From: an alpha proteobacterium SCGC AAA015-N04
Lineage (GTDB): Bacteria > Pseudomonadota > Alphaproteobacteria > Puniceispirillales > Marisalimonadaceae
Reading direction: 5' to 3'
DNA: 64,000 bases
Assembly: GCA_000383115.1 (NCBI GenBank)
Contig: KB910566.1
Coordinates: 8,545-72,544, forward strand
Shown: piece by piece, positions 1-10,246 of the stretch
How positions within the stretch are numbered: position 1 is the first letter of the stretch
Layout of the letters: every line of letters begins with the position of its first letter
Translations under genes and position numbers: made by a program
The notes under the pieces: generated by a model
What the model was told of the DNA's origin: nothing
Databases searched by the model: none
The model's input: only the letters and a program-made list of their open reading frames with translations

Positions 1-725
1 TTAGAAAAATACTTTTTAAATATGTCGAAATGTTCGACTTTGACATAATTACTTTTTCCTCCATAAATGCAAAGTACTTCTTTATTAAATTTTTTAATGT
101 TTTTTATAGAAGGAAACTTTCTTAAATCATTAAGAGATTTCTTGATTGCTTCAAGATTAATTGACCATTTATATTTTCCATCTACTAATTCCAAATTTTG
201 TAATAAAAATGTCCTTAAAAACTTTTGATCTATATAATTAGATAAAAATTTATCAGCTTCATTCCTATTTTTTACTAATTTTAAATTGATATTTAAGAGA
301 GAATTTATTATTTGTGTTTCATTATTATCATAATCGATCGGAGCTATATCAGCTACTATAAGCTTATTGACATATTTAGTTTCTAATAAGGCTATAACCA
401 TTGCTAGTTTACCACCCATTGAATGACCCAATAAATTTGTGTTTTTTACGCCAAGATAATTGAACAAACTTGTAATATCATTCATCATTGAAATATAAGA
501 AAAATCGTCATCAAATACATTTCCACCGTGATTTCTTAAATCGACAGTTACAACTATCTGATTTTCTTTTTTACTTAATATTTTAGAAAAAGTTTGCCAG
601 TTTTTTCCTCTTCCATAAAGGCCGTGTAAAATAAATAATGTTTCAAATGTTTTATTCTGAAAATAATTATTTTCATTTTCAAACGGTATTTGTTTTCCAT
701 TTTTATAAATTTGAAAATTAATCAT
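1..725 (-). CDS. Alpha/beta hydrolase (YbfF-like esterase), runs off the window start
   Basis: Manual translation from ATG at 725 gives MINFQ...LLFLHGLYGRGKNW and a GHSMGGK nucleophile elbow; not in the ORF track because it is partial. Confidence 0.85.
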   Translation of the reverse strand, partial: MINFQIYKNGKQIPFENENNYFQNKTFETLFILHGLYGRGKNWQTFSKILSKKENQIVVTVDLRNHGGNVFDDDFSYISMMNDITSLFNYLGVKNTNLLGHSMGGKLAMVIALLETKYVNKLIVADIAPIDYDNNETQIINSLLNINLKLVKNRNEADKFLSNYIDQKFLRTFLLQNLELVDGKYKWSINLEAIKKSLNDLRKFPSIKNIKKFNKEVLCIYGGKSNYVKVEHFDIFKKYFS

Positions 726-766
726 TATTGTGATTTAAAAAAATATTAACCCAAACAATTAAATTT

Positions 767-791
767 TATATACTACTGGTCGTAGTATATA
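767..791. promoter_or_regulatory. Perfect 10-bp inverted repeat between divergent genes, possible operator
   Basis: TATATACTAC-tggtc-GTAGTATATA. Confidence 0.4.
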
Positions 792-818
792 TAAATATAA
801 AAATTCAGGAAGACTATA

Positions 819-1085
819 TTGGGCGAAGTAATCAAATTAAAATTTTCTGCATCTAAGGAAGACAAAAATTTATTATATGAGAAAAAACTAATCAGAATTA
901 GAGATGACATTGAAGATTATCTTGTAAATCTATCTAATGCTGAAAAAGACGAACTAGCAATAGCTCTTGCTGCTGGAAGATACGCTTCTATGAAACTTAC
1001 ACAATTAACAGGTGAACAGAGTACAAAAAAATTTATTAATGAATGTATAAAAACAACTTTAAAGCATAGTATTTTCAGTAATTAA
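819..1085 (+). CDS. Small hypothetical protein
   Basis: 88-aa ORF with AGGA RBS-like sequence upstream and TTG start. Confidence 0.6.
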   Translation: MGEVIKLKFSASKEDKNLLYEKKLIRIRDDIEDYLVNLSNAEKDELAIALAAGRYASMKLTQLTGEQSTKKFINECIKTTLKHSIFSN

Positions 1086-1396
1086 GATATCCTAGTTATA
1101 CTTCCTGAAACTTCTGCTCCTAAATCTATTGATAGAGCATTTGTCTTTAAATTACCTTCAACTTTTGCAGTACTAGCTACATTTAATGTATTTGCAGCTA
1201 CTTCTCCTTTTACTAATCCACCTAATGTAACTTTATCAGCTATCAAATTACCATCAAAAATACTATTCGCCTCCAAAAGAACGTCTTTGGCTCTTAATTC
1301 CCCTTTGAACCTTCCAGCAACAACAACAGATGATCCAGCAGAATCTAAGTTGCCTTCCATAACTAATTCTTCTGATATGTAAGTAATTTCACTCAT
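1082..1396 (-). CDS. Bactofilin (polymer-forming cytoskeletal protein)
   Basis: Beta-helix repeats ...GNL...V.G...G.V.A..L.V.STAKVEGNL...LSIDLGAEVSG. Confidence 0.85.
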   Translation of the reverse strand: MSEITYISEELVMEGNLDSAGSSVVVAGRFKGELRAKDVLLEANSIFDGNLIADKVTLGGLVKGEVAANTLNVASTAKVEGNLKTNALSIDLGAEVSGSITRIS

Positions 1397-1421
1397 AATA
1401 AACCCTCATTAAATTTTTATT

Positions 1422-1805
1422 TTATTTTTCAACAGATTGTTCTTCTATTTCCTCATCAACTTGTTCACTCTGGTCAACTTCTTCACTTTCATTCCAATTG
1501 TGAACAACTCTACAATTTAAAGCAGCTCCCCTATCCATTTGTAGAGATTTATAGTGAACCTCTCCACTTATTCTAGAAGTTTCAGTAAGCCATACACTGT
1601 CGGCTTGCATTTTTCCTTCATATTCACCAGCTATAACTACCAACTCTGAGTCAACTGCTCCAAGGAATTTACCAGTGGAACCAATCGTAACTTTTTCTGT
1701 TGAAAGATCAGCCTCAACGTATCCATTTATTTCAATGGACTTAGCATTAGAAATTTTTCCACTAAATCTTGCGCCAGCTCCTAACACTGCCTGTTTACTT
1801 GCCAT
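1422..1805 (-). CDS. Bactofilin
   Basis: VLGAGARFSGKI...ISGEVHYKSLQMDRGA motif with acidic tail. Confidence 0.85.
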   Translation of the reverse strand: MASKQAVLGAGARFSGKISNAKSIEINGYVEADLSTEKVTIGSTGKFLGAVDSELVVIAGEYEGKMQADSVWLTETSRISGEVHYKSLQMDRGAALNCRVVHNWNESEEVDQSEQVDEEIEEQSVEK

Positions 1806-1816
1806 TTTAATCTCCT

Positions 1817-2161
1817 TTAATTTTTATTTTTTCTTTTTCCAATTTGAGCTTCTACAATAGCTCCTTCTTCTATAGAAATATTTTCATAAAATACCTCACC
1901 TGAAATCTTACCTGTAGCTTTTATGGAAATCACTTCTGCTGAAAGTTGGCCATCGCATTTTCCTGACACGGTAACAACGTCAGCATCAATATTTCCTTTT
2001 AAAGTGCCAGTATTCTCTACAGAAAGGCTATGACATTTTATATCGCCTACTACTGATCCTAATAATATTAACTCACCCTCAGCAGAAATTTTACCTTTTA
2101 TTTTCATATCACTTGAAATTATAGATTTTTCTGCATCACTATCATTTGTTTTTCCTAGCAT
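1817..2161 (-). CDS. Bactofilin
   Basis: SIISSDMKIKGKI...GEVFYENISIEEGAIVEA motif. Confidence 0.9.
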   Translation of the reverse strand: MLGKTNDSDAEKSIISSDMKIKGKISAEGELILLGSVVGDIKCHSLSVENTGTLKGNIDADVVTVSGKCDGQLSAEVISIKATGKISGEVFYENISIEEGAIVEAQIGKRKNKN

Positions 2162-2337
2162 TTGGAAATCCTTTTCTTAATTAATAATATTATTTCTAAA
2201 TTTACTATACTCATTAATATGATACTATACTTAATTAAAATATAAAATTTATTTAAAATACTCTTATTTTTGGTATGAATGATGCAATTAACTTGCCATA
2301 ATAATTATTGTAACAAGGAATATTAGAGCAAAAGAAA

Positions 2338-2712
2338 ATGGCTGAAGAAATTATTGATTTAAGAGATCGTATTGAAAAAATGCGCATACAGATTGAAAAT
2401 GAGGCTCCAGAACAAATTTCAGTGGATACTCCTTTAGAGATACAACATAAAACCAATAGTTCCAATATTTCTTTATCTCTTCAGGAGAAAAATAATCAAG
2501 ATAGAGACAATGATAATATAAATAGTGATTCTCAAAAAAATTTGGATAATAATTACCGAATCAAAAGTTCTTTAAATAAAAAAGAAACGTTCCCAGCTTT
2601 GAGCCTTTCAGTTAAAAATCCGGTATCAAGTAAGATTTTAATTGTTATGATAATATTTCAAATTTTCTCAAATGTAGGGATTTTATACTTTTTATATTTA
2701 GGTATGGAGTAG
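2338..2712 (+). CDS. Hypothetical protein with C-terminal membrane anchor
   Basis: 124-aa ORF with N-terminal coiled coil and hydrophobic C-terminus. Confidence 0.6.
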   Translation: MAEEIIDLRDRIEKMRIQIENEAPEQISVDTPLEIQHKTNSSNISLSLQEKNNQDRDNDNINSDSQKNLDNNYRIKSSLNKKETFPALSLSVKNPVSSKILIVMIIFQIFSNVGILYFLYLGME

Positions 2713-2715
2713 ATA

Positions 2716-4050
2716 GTGGTAAATACCACATTCAATAAATTTGGTAAAAAACTGCCGCCAGTTAAAACTGGACAACGTTTTGGAGAAGAAGTTCAAAATA
2801 ATAAAAAAGTGGGATTGTTCTCTGAAAGAAGATTTTTAATATTTACAAAAAAAGGGCCCATTGAAATTGCTTTCAAACCAGTTCATTATGCTAGTGTTTT
2901 AATAACTACCATTGTTGGTTTAACAAGTATTTTATATTGGTCCGCTAAAGGAATTTATTCTGCAATAGACGTAGCAAAAAAAAACGATATCATTAACGAA
3001 GCGTCTGCAAATATAGCTAATCCGTTGGAGAATGATTCCGATACTATTGTAAACTTGAATACAATTGGTCAATCTAACATTACCCTTCCAGTTTTAAAAA
3101 AACAATCGAATGAAAGAAGTAAATTTCAAAATAACTATTATTATCTTAAAAAAGATTTTAATAATAACCAAAATGCTTCAATTAATACAAAAAAGAATCA
3201 CGATTTTGGTAATATAAATACATCAAAAAATAAAACTTTATTTATTGAAGAGCGATACGATAATGACTTATTCAATAGTATATCAAGAAATCAAAATGTT
3301 CCATTTGAAGCAATTGAAGAAACAAATATTTTTATAACGGATAATCTCAAACAAGATAATTATCCTCAACCACCTAAATTAAGTGAGAAAGTTAAAAGTC
3401 TACGTTTTATAGCATCTGTAGACAATGAACTTTTACAGATGGAAAATGTATTTAAAGCAATCAATGTTAAACTAAATAATACAGACTTGGTGAGCGTTAA
3501 ATCATTAATAGATAAAAAAAAACAAATTGACCCTGATAGTGATGACTTTTTTAGAAGTTTAAGACAAAGATTAAACCTTTTAGCTATATATAAAGATGCT
3601 CTGCAAAACATCCCTTTAAAACCCCCCATGGAACATTATTATGTATCTAGTCCATATGGACCAAGAAAACATCCAGTAACTGGTAAATATAGAATGCATC
3701 ATGGTATTGATCTAGCTGGAACTTGGCAGGAAAATGTTTCTGTATCTGCAGATGGTACTGTCGTTTTTTCAGGATATCACGGATCTTTTGGTAAGGTAAT
3801 CAGAATAAGACATAACTTTGGTATAATGACTACCTACGGACATTTAGCTAAAATAAATGTTAGAAGAGGCGATATTGTCAATGAAGGTCAAATAATTGGA
3901 AAAATGGGTAGAACTGGAAGGGTTAAAGGGGCACACCTACATTATGAAATTTCTGTAAATGGCAAATCTCAAAATCCTGCAATATATATTAAGATTGGAA
4001 GAAATCTATTGAGCAGAACTAGTTTGAAGTCTTTTGCTAATATAAAATAA
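2716..4050 (+). CDS. Membrane-anchored M23 family peptidoglycan endopeptidase
   Basis: N-terminal TM segment; HHGIDLAG, YGHL and HLHYE M23 motifs. Confidence 0.9.
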   Translation: MVNTTFNKFGKKLPPVKTGQRFGEEVQNNKKVGLFSERRFLIFTKKGPIEIAFKPVHYASVLITTIVGLTSILYWSAKGIYSAIDVAKKNDIINEASANIANPLENDSDTIVNLNTIGQSNITLPVLKKQSNERSKFQNNYYYLKKDFNNNQNASINTKKNHDFGNINTSKNKTLFIEERYDNDLFNSISRNQNVPFEAIEETNIFITDNLKQDNYPQPPKLSEKVKSLRFIASVDNELLQMENVFKAINVKLNNTDLVSVKSLIDKKKQIDPDSDDFFRSLRQRLNLLAIYKDALQNIPLKPPMEHYYVSSPYGPRKHPVTGKYRMHHGIDLAGTWQENVSVSADGTVVFSGYHGSFGKVIRIRHNFGIMTTYGHLAKINVRRGDIVNEGQIIGKMGRTGRVKGAHLHYEISVNGKSQNPAIYIKIGRNLLSRTSLKSFANIK

Positions 4051-4111
4051 AATCATCCAGTTAATTCTGGCACAACTTATGCAAGATATTTTCTTTTAAC
4101 AAGAGGATAAA

Positions 4112-5098
4112 ATGAACCTAACAAACGTAAGAAAATTTGATAATACAAAATTTATAAACACAGTAAATAATCTGAATGATTTTTTTGTTGAAATTGACTA
4201 TTTTGATAAAACTGGCATCATAAATAAAAAACCTGGAGGTCATGGGGAAAGGTCTGTAGCAGTTGGAACTATTGATATGGCAATATGGGATCTTGTTTCA
4301 AAAATTGAGGATAAGCCATTATTTCAAATGCTTGCAGAGAGATACGGTAATGGCGTGCCAAATAGAAAAGTTTTTGTTTATGCTGCTGGTGGATATTATT
4401 GGCCAAATCAAGGAATAAATGGTTTAACTAACGAAATAAAAAAATATTTAGATCTTGGTTATACAGTAGTTAAAAAGAAAATAGGAGGCGCCTCTTTATC
4501 TGAAGACTGTAAAAGAATTGAGGCTATTTTGAAAATATTAGGTCCTGAAGATCGGCTTGCTGTTGATGCAAATGGTAGGTTTGATTTGGAAACAGCGATT
4601 CAATACGGTAAGGCTTTATCAAATTATAATTTATTTTGGTATGAAGAGCCTGGAGACCCCTTAGATTTTGAACTTCATAAAGAGCTATCAAAGCAATATT
4701 TACCTCCATTAGCAACTGGTGAGAATTTATTCTCAGTGCATGATGCAAGAAATCTTATTAGATACGCAGGAATGAGAAAAGATAAAGATTGGTTACAGTT
4801 TGATTGTGCTTTAAGTTACGGATTAGTCGAATATTTAAAGATAATTGAAATGCTTAAAGAAAATCAATGGGATATGTCAAGGTGTATCCCTCACGGAGGC
4901 CATCAAATGTCTTTGGCAATTGCAGCGGGGTTAGGACTTGGTGGCAATGAGAGTTATCCAGATCTTTTTCAACCATATGGAGGGTTCCCTGATGGTGTTA
5001 GGGTTGAAAAAGGTTTTGTCACTCTCCCAGAAATAGCTGGAATTGGTTTTGAAGGAAAATCTGATCTGTTTTCAATAATGAAACAGATGGTAGATTAA
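4112..5098 (+). CDS. tarD: D-tartrate dehydratase-like enolase-superfamily protein with truncated or replaced N-terminus
   Basis: [37 protein letters not shown] and HGGHQMSL match TarD-type enzymes. Confidence 0.75.
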   Translation: MNLTNVRKFDNTKFINTVNNLNDFFVEIDYFDKTGIINKKPGGHGERSVAVGTIDMAIWDLVSKIEDKPLFQMLAERYGNGVPNRKVFVYAAGGYYWPNQGINGLTNEIKKYLDLGYTVVKKKIGGASLSEDCKRIEAILKILGPEDRLAVDANGRFDLETAIQYGKALSNYNLFWYEEPGDPLDFELHKELSKQYLPPLATGENLFSVHDARNLIRYAGMRKDKDWLQFDCALSYGLVEYLKIIEMLKENQWDMSRCIPHGGHQMSLAIAAGLGLGGNESYPDLFQPYGGFPDGVRVEKGFVTLPEIAGIGFEGKSDLFSIMKQMVD

Positions 5099-6705
5099 AT
5101 ATCAAAAAAATCATTACCTTTATTGTCAATTACTACAAATGCGGGAAAGTTTTTAACTTCAATTTTCCAAACAGCCTCCATTCCAAGCTCTGGATATTCT
5201 AAAACCTCTATTTTTTTTACGCAGTCTAGTGCAACTTTTGCAGCAGTTCCTCCAATGGTTCCAAGGTAAAATCCTCCATATTTTTTGCATGCTTCTTTTA
5301 CTTGCTTTGATCTGTTACCTTTTGCTAACATAACCATTGATCCACCATTTTCTTGAAACTTATCAACATAAGCATCCATTCTACCAGCTGTGGTTGGCCC
5401 AAAGGATCCAGAAGGTAAGCCTTTTGGAGTTTTAGCTGGGCCAGCATAATATACTGGATGATCCTTTATATAATTAGGAAGTTCGCCATCCTCATTTAAT
5501 CTTTGGAGTAACTTTGCATGAGCTATGTCTCTAGCAACAATCATTGGGCCAGAAAGATTTACTCTTTTCTTTATCTTACATTCATTTAATTGTTGTAAAA
5601 TATTCTTCATTGGCTGATTTAAATCAATTTCTGTTACATCTTCCGAAATTTCTTCCAAATTAACATCGGGCAAATACTTACTTGGCTCTGTTTCGAGTTT
5701 TTCAACGAAAATTCCATCTTTATTTATCTTGCCTAAAATTTGTCTATCGGCTGAACAAGAAACCCCAATTCCAATTGGCAGCGATGCACCATGCCTTGGA
5801 AGCCTAATAACTCTTACATCATGGCAAAAATATTTTCCTCCAAATTGTGCGCCTACACCCATTTCTCTTGTAAGATCTAATATTATTTTTTCCCATTCTA
5901 AATCTCTGTACGCGTGACCAGATTTTAAATTTCCAGCATTAGGCAAATTATCTAGATAACGCATAGATCCTAACTTAACGGTCTTTAAATTAAATTCCGC
6001 TGAAGTACCTCCAATAACCACAGATAAATGATATGGTGGACAAGCAGCTGTACCAAGAGAAATTATTTTATTGTAAAGAAATTTTTTTAAATTTTCAGGA
6101 TTGAGAGTGGCTGGTGTTTCTTGGAATAAAAAACTTTTATTAGCTGATCCTCCACCTTTTTGTACAAAAGCAAATTTATATTCCTGACCTTCATTAGCAA
6201 ATATATTTATTTCTGCAGGTAAATTGTTAGCAGTGTTTTTCTCTTCAAACATAGAGACTGGTGCAAGTTGAGAGAAACGAAGATTATTTTCCTTATATGT
6301 TTTATAAACTCCTAAAGAAAGAAACTCATTATCGTCTGAGTTAGTAAAAACTTTTTCGCCTTTATAACCCATGATGATTGCTGTTCCAGTATCTTGGCAC
6401 ATAGGAAGAACTCCTGATGCAGATATATTTGCATTTTTTAACATAGTTAAAGCAACAAATTTATCATTACTTGAGGCTTCTTCATCTTCAAGAATATCTC
6501 TAAGCTGTTTTAAATGTGATTTTCTAAGAAGGTGAGATACATCTTTAAAAGCTCTTTGTGATAATAAAGTAAGTGCCTTGGGGTCAATTGTTAAAATTTC
6601 TTGGTTGTTTATTTTAAAAGTTGTAACGTATGAATCTGATATTTTTATATATTCGGTTTTGTCAATTGAAAGGGGAAAAATTGGTGAATAAATAAATTCG
6701 CTCAA
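5095..6705 (-). CDS. fumA: Class I fumarate hydratase (Fe-S)
   Basis: [21 protein letters not shown] and GPTTAGRMD motifs; 536 aa. Confidence 0.95.
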   Translation of the reverse strand: MSEFIYSPIFPLSIDKTEYIKISDSYVTTFKINNQEILTIDPKALTLLSQRAFKDVSHLLRKSHLKQLRDILEDEEASSNDKFVALTMLKNANISASGVLPMCQDTGTAIIMGYKGEKVFTNSDDNEFLSLGVYKTYKENNLRFSQLAPVSMFEEKNTANNLPAEINIFANEGQEYKFAFVQKGGGSANKSFLFQETPATLNPENLKKFLYNKIISLGTAACPPYHLSVVIGGTSAEFNLKTVKLGSMRYLDNLPNAGNLKSGHAYRDLEWEKIILDLTREMGVGAQFGGKYFCHDVRVIRLPRHGASLPIGIGVSCSADRQILGKINKDGIFVEKLETEPSKYLPDVNLEEISEDVTEIDLNQPMKNILQQLNECKIKKRVNLSGPMIVARDIAHAKLLQRLNEDGELPNYIKDHPVYYAGPAKTPKGLPSGSFGPTTAGRMDAYVDKFQENGGSMVMLAKGNRSKQVKEACKKYGGFYLGTIGGTAAKVALDCVKKIEVLEYPELGMEAVWKIEVKNFPAFVVIDNKGNDFFDI

Positions 6706-6726
6706 ATGGTGCTCCCAATAAAAATT

Positions 6727-7221
6727 TTATTTTTTATCTCTAAATGCGTCTAAAGAAACTACTTCACCAGATTTAATTTCTTCCTGTACATTATAAATTT
6801 TTTCTTTTTCAAGATTTTCGTCAGTCAAATTGTTATTTTTTTCAACTTTAAATTGAAGACCAAAACCAACAGATGGATCTGTGAAAGAAGTAATAGCTCT
6901 GAAAGGAACAGAAATATTTTTTTTAGTTCCATTAAATGATAATGTAACCTCAAAATGATCATTAGTTGTTTTTAAATCCCAAAATTGGTGTTGTATTATA
7001 ATCTTAATTTCAGAATCACTTTCATTTTTTAACTCCTCTGGAACGATAACATCTGGGTCATTTCCTTTGAAAGATATAAAAAAATGACTATTTCCCTCCA
7101 AACCAGTTTTAGAAGTAATTTTTAAAACTTTCTTTACTACATTTTTTAGAGAATCCTCTACTAATGAATCGTAATCAAAACCTTTAGTCTCAAATCCATC
7201 ATTATTATAATTATCAGTCAA
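6727..7221 (-). CDS. sspB: SspB-alpha ClpXP adaptor
   Basis: HFFISF...IIIQHQFWDL...FTDPSVGFGLQF and C-terminal VVSLDAFR; adjacent to ssrA. Confidence 0.9.
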   Translation of the reverse strand: MTDNYNNDGFETKGFDYDSLVEDSLKNVVKKVLKITSKTGLEGNSHFFISFKGNDPDVIVPEELKNESDSEIKIIIQHQFWDLKTTNDHFEVTLSFNGTKKNISVPFRAITSFTDPSVGFGLQFKVEKNNNLTDENLEKEKIYNVQEEIKSGEVVSLDAFRDKK

Positions 7222-7298
7222 ATCAAACTCACAAAACTTTTTAAAACTATATTATTTTTCTACTTATAATTTCAAGATAAATCTATAATTAATGAAGA

Positions 7299-7324
7299 GT
7301 GGCGAGAAGTAAACCTCTCGCCAC
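7299..7324. terminator. Hairpin downstream of ssrA
   Basis: GTGGCGAGA...TCTCGCCAC stem. Confidence 0.5.
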
Positions 7325-7329
7325 CTTAG

Positions 7330-7610
7330 ATTTTCTGTTGCCAGGCAATCTACAGCCCCGCCAAATCTAGCTATAGAATTGGACTAGTTTTCGGTTGCCT
7401 TGGCTGCTTACGCTGCTGTAGCTACCGGAGCATAGTTGTCATTTGCAACTATTTAAATAGTCCGATAACGGTGGTACAATGCCGAGTGAAAGTTTAATTT
7501 TTACTACATACGTCGATCCTATTTCGCCCCCTTATCTAATGGTGGAGGCGCCGGGTACTGCCCCCGGGTCCGTTAAGCTTATTTTAAAAAATGTTTATCA
7601 CCATAGTCAT
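7330..7610 (-). ncRNA. ssrA: Two-piece circularly permuted tmRNA (ends approximate)
   Basis: On the minus strand the acceptor piece ends ...GCCTCCACCA at 7540, followed by an 8-nt spacer and GGGGGCGAAATAGGATCGAC at 7531; tag ORF ANDNYAPVATAA-stop at 7446-7408. Confidence 0.95.
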
Positions 7611-7700
7611 CAAAATGACTTTTTTACTATACAGTATTTATTTTTTTTATTAAAGAGCCATAATAGAAGAAATTAAAATCAAATTGAAGTTAAGATTTAA

Positions 7701-8495
7701 ATGCAGCAATACTTAGATTTATTAAATCATGTAATTAATTATGGTCATATTAAAAAAGATAGAACGGGAACAGGAACAAAATCTGTATTTGGCTGGCAAA
7801 TGCGTTTTGATTTAAGTAAGGGACTTCCCTTGTTAACAACAAAGAAGCTTCATCTAAAATCAATTATACATGAATTATTGTGGTTTATTAAGGGTGATAC
7901 CAATATATCATATTTGAAAAATAATGGTGTTTCAATTTGGGATGAATGGGCTGATGAAAATGGAGATTTAGGCCCAGTTTATGGTCAACAATGGAGAAGA
8001 TGGAATTCTCCAGATGGTAGAAAACTTGACCAATTAAATGATGTAATCAATGAAATAAAAATTAATCCTTATTCTAGAAGAATGATTGTAACTGCATGGA
8101 ATCCCTCCGATGTAGGTTCTATGGCGCTACCTCCTTGTCATTGTCTTTTTCAATTTTATGTGGCTGATAATAAGTTATCTTGCCAGCTCTATCAAAGAAG
8201 CGCAGATATATTTCTTGGAGTACCGTTTAATATTGCTTCTTATTCCATTTTAATTCATATGATTGCTAATATTACTGATTTGACTGTAGGTGAGTTTGTG
8301 CATACTTTAGGTGACGCACACATATATAATAATCACTTTCAGCAAGTAAAAACACAATTATTAAGATCTACAAGAGAATTGCCTAAATTACATATCTTAA
8401 AAAAACACAAAAATATCAACGAATTTAAATATGAAGACTTTGAGATCACGAATTATAATCCTTACCCTAATATTCCTGCCCCTGTTGCTGTTTAA
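7701..8495 (+). CDS. thyA: Thymidylate synthase
   Basis: DRTGTGT, LPPCH and YQRSAD motifs. Confidence 0.98.
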   Translation: MQQYLDLLNHVINYGHIKKDRTGTGTKSVFGWQMRFDLSKGLPLLTTKKLHLKSIIHELLWFIKGDTNISYLKNNGVSIWDEWADENGDLGPVYGQQWRRWNSPDGRKLDQLNDVINEIKINPYSRRMIVTAWNPSDVGSMALPPCHCLFQFYVADNKLSCQLYQRSADIFLGVPFNIASYSILIHMIANITDLTVGEFVHTLGDAHIYNNHFQQVKTQLLRSTRELPKLHILKKHKNINEFKYEDFEITNYNPYPNIPAPVAV

Positions 8496-9047
8496 ATGAT
8501 TAAAAGAGAAAATCTAAATAACCCGATTGTATGTGTAGTTGCAATGAATCAAAATAGAATTATAGGCGACGGTAAAACTATGCCTTGGCATATTCCCGGA
8601 GATTTGAAAAGATTGAAAGCCATGACAATGGGAGCTCCATTGATTATGGGTAGAAAAACATGGGACTCCATAAAAAGGCCTTTACCAGGGAGAGCAAACA
8701 TAGTGTTAACCAAATCTAAATTTTGGACGGAAAATGGTGCTATCGTTGTTAATACATTTGAAGAAGCAATTAAAGAAGCTGATTCATGGATTGAAAAAAA
8801 TAAAAAAGTTAATGAAAAAACACAAAATAAAATATTTTTATTTGGAGGAGCTCAAATTTATAATCTTGGCTTAAAATATTGTAGTAATATCGAAATTACC
8901 AAAGTTAAATTTGATTTAAAAAATGGACTTAAATTTCCTAAATTAGACGCGCTTAGTTGGCATAAAACTAAAATTAAACATTTTAAGGCAATCACTGATA
9001 TTCCAGAATTTAGTTATTGGAGTTATAAGAGAATTGTTAAAATTTAG
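8496..9047 (+). CDS. folA: Dihydrofolate reductase
   Basis: MPWHIPGD, MGRKTW, LPGR and GGAQIY motifs; follows thyA. Confidence 0.95.
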   Translation: MIKRENLNNPIVCVVAMNQNRIIGDGKTMPWHIPGDLKRLKAMTMGAPLIMGRKTWDSIKRPLPGRANIVLTKSKFWTENGAIVVNTFEEAIKEADSWIEKNKKVNEKTQNKIFLFGGAQIYNLGLKYCSNIEITKVKFDLKNGLKFPKLDALSWHKTKIKHFKAITDIPEFSYWSYKRIVKI

Positions 9048-9051
9048 TGAA

Positions 9052-10119
9052 TTATGAAATTATAGGAATAGGCTTCATATTTTTTTTTACAGACGAAATT
9101 ATTTTAGATCCAATTTCTAAATATTTTTGAGCAATAAGTGAATTAGGACTTTTATGCAATATTGGATTACCGTCATCAGACGTAATTCTAATGCTAATAT
9201 CAAGAGGTATGTCATTTAAAAAAGGTATTCCTAGCTTTTCAGATTCTTTTTGAGCTCCTCCATTCCCAAAAATATCATGTTTGGTATTACAGTTTAAACA
9301 ATGAAAATAACTCATATTTTCAATAATTCCTAAAATAGGCACATTAACTTTTTTGAACATATTTATACCTTTTCTCGCGTCGATCAATGACAAATCTTGA
9401 GGGGTAGAAACAATAATTGCACCAGTTAATTGAACTTTTTGTGACAAGGTTAAATGAGCGTCTCCGGTACCAGGTGGCATGTCTACAATCAAGAAATCTA
9501 GTTCTTGCCAGTCAACATCCCTTAATAATTGTTCAATTGCACTCATTACCATTGGTCCTCTCCATATAGTTGCAGCATCTTCAGGAACTAAATAACCTAT
9601 GGACATAGCTTGTAATCCTAACGCATTGTGAGGTATAATTTTCTTACCATTACTAACAGGTTTACTATTTATTCCTGTTAGTTTTGGGAGGCTTGGACCA
9701 AAAATATCAGCATCTAATATACCAACTTTATTTTTTAATTTTAATAGTGACAAAGCTAAGTTAATTGCAGTAGTTGACTTTCCAACTCCACCTTTACCAC
9801 TTGCAATTGCAATAACGTATTTAGCAGGCTTATAAAGAAGATTTGATGAATTTTTATTTTCTTTGTTTGTATTGTGGGCAGTTAATATTAAGTTTACTTT
9901 TTTAACTCTATTTATGGCTAATAATTTATCATGTATCAATTTTTTTGTTTGATCGGCTTCATTTATTTGATTGGCTTTAAGTTGGAGTGTTACGTAAACT
10001 TCATTATTTTTAAACTCTAATCTACTAACTGAATTATTATCAATTATGTTGTTATTTTCGTTTTTTAAAATTATAGACCGCAATAATGATTTAATTTCAA
10101 TTAATTCGTTACTATTCAT
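9052..10119 (-). CDS. apbC: Mrp/ApbC Fe-S carrier ATPase
   Basis: SGKGGVGKST, DMPPGTGD and ENMSYFHC..C motifs. Confidence 0.95.
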   Translation of the reverse strand: MNSNELIEIKSLLRSIILKNENNNIIDNNSVSRLEFKNNEVYVTLQLKANQINEADQTKKLIHDKLLAINRVKKVNLILTAHNTNKENKNSSNLLYKPAKYVIAIASGKGGVGKSTTAINLALSLLKLKNKVGILDADIFGPSLPKLTGINSKPVSNGKKIIPHNALGLQAMSIGYLVPEDAATIWRGPMVMSAIEQLLRDVDWQELDFLIVDMPPGTGDAHLTLSQKVQLTGAIIVSTPQDLSLIDARKGINMFKKVNVPILGIIENMSYFHCLNCNTKHDIFGNGGAQKESEKLGIPFLNDIPLDISIRITSDDGNPILHKSPNSLIAQKYLEIGSKIISSVKKNMKPIPIIS

Positions 10120-10246
10120 TAATTTAACCTACAAATTATTAATCTAAAGGTTGAAATCTTGTATGACAGTGCAAATATCAATTATGCAACAATGATAATT
10201 AATAGATCATACCAACAAATCTTTCAACCCATGTGGAGTTATTTGA

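Noticed and set aside
7479-7676. 65-aa ORF
   Set aside because: Antisense to tmRNA; spurious.
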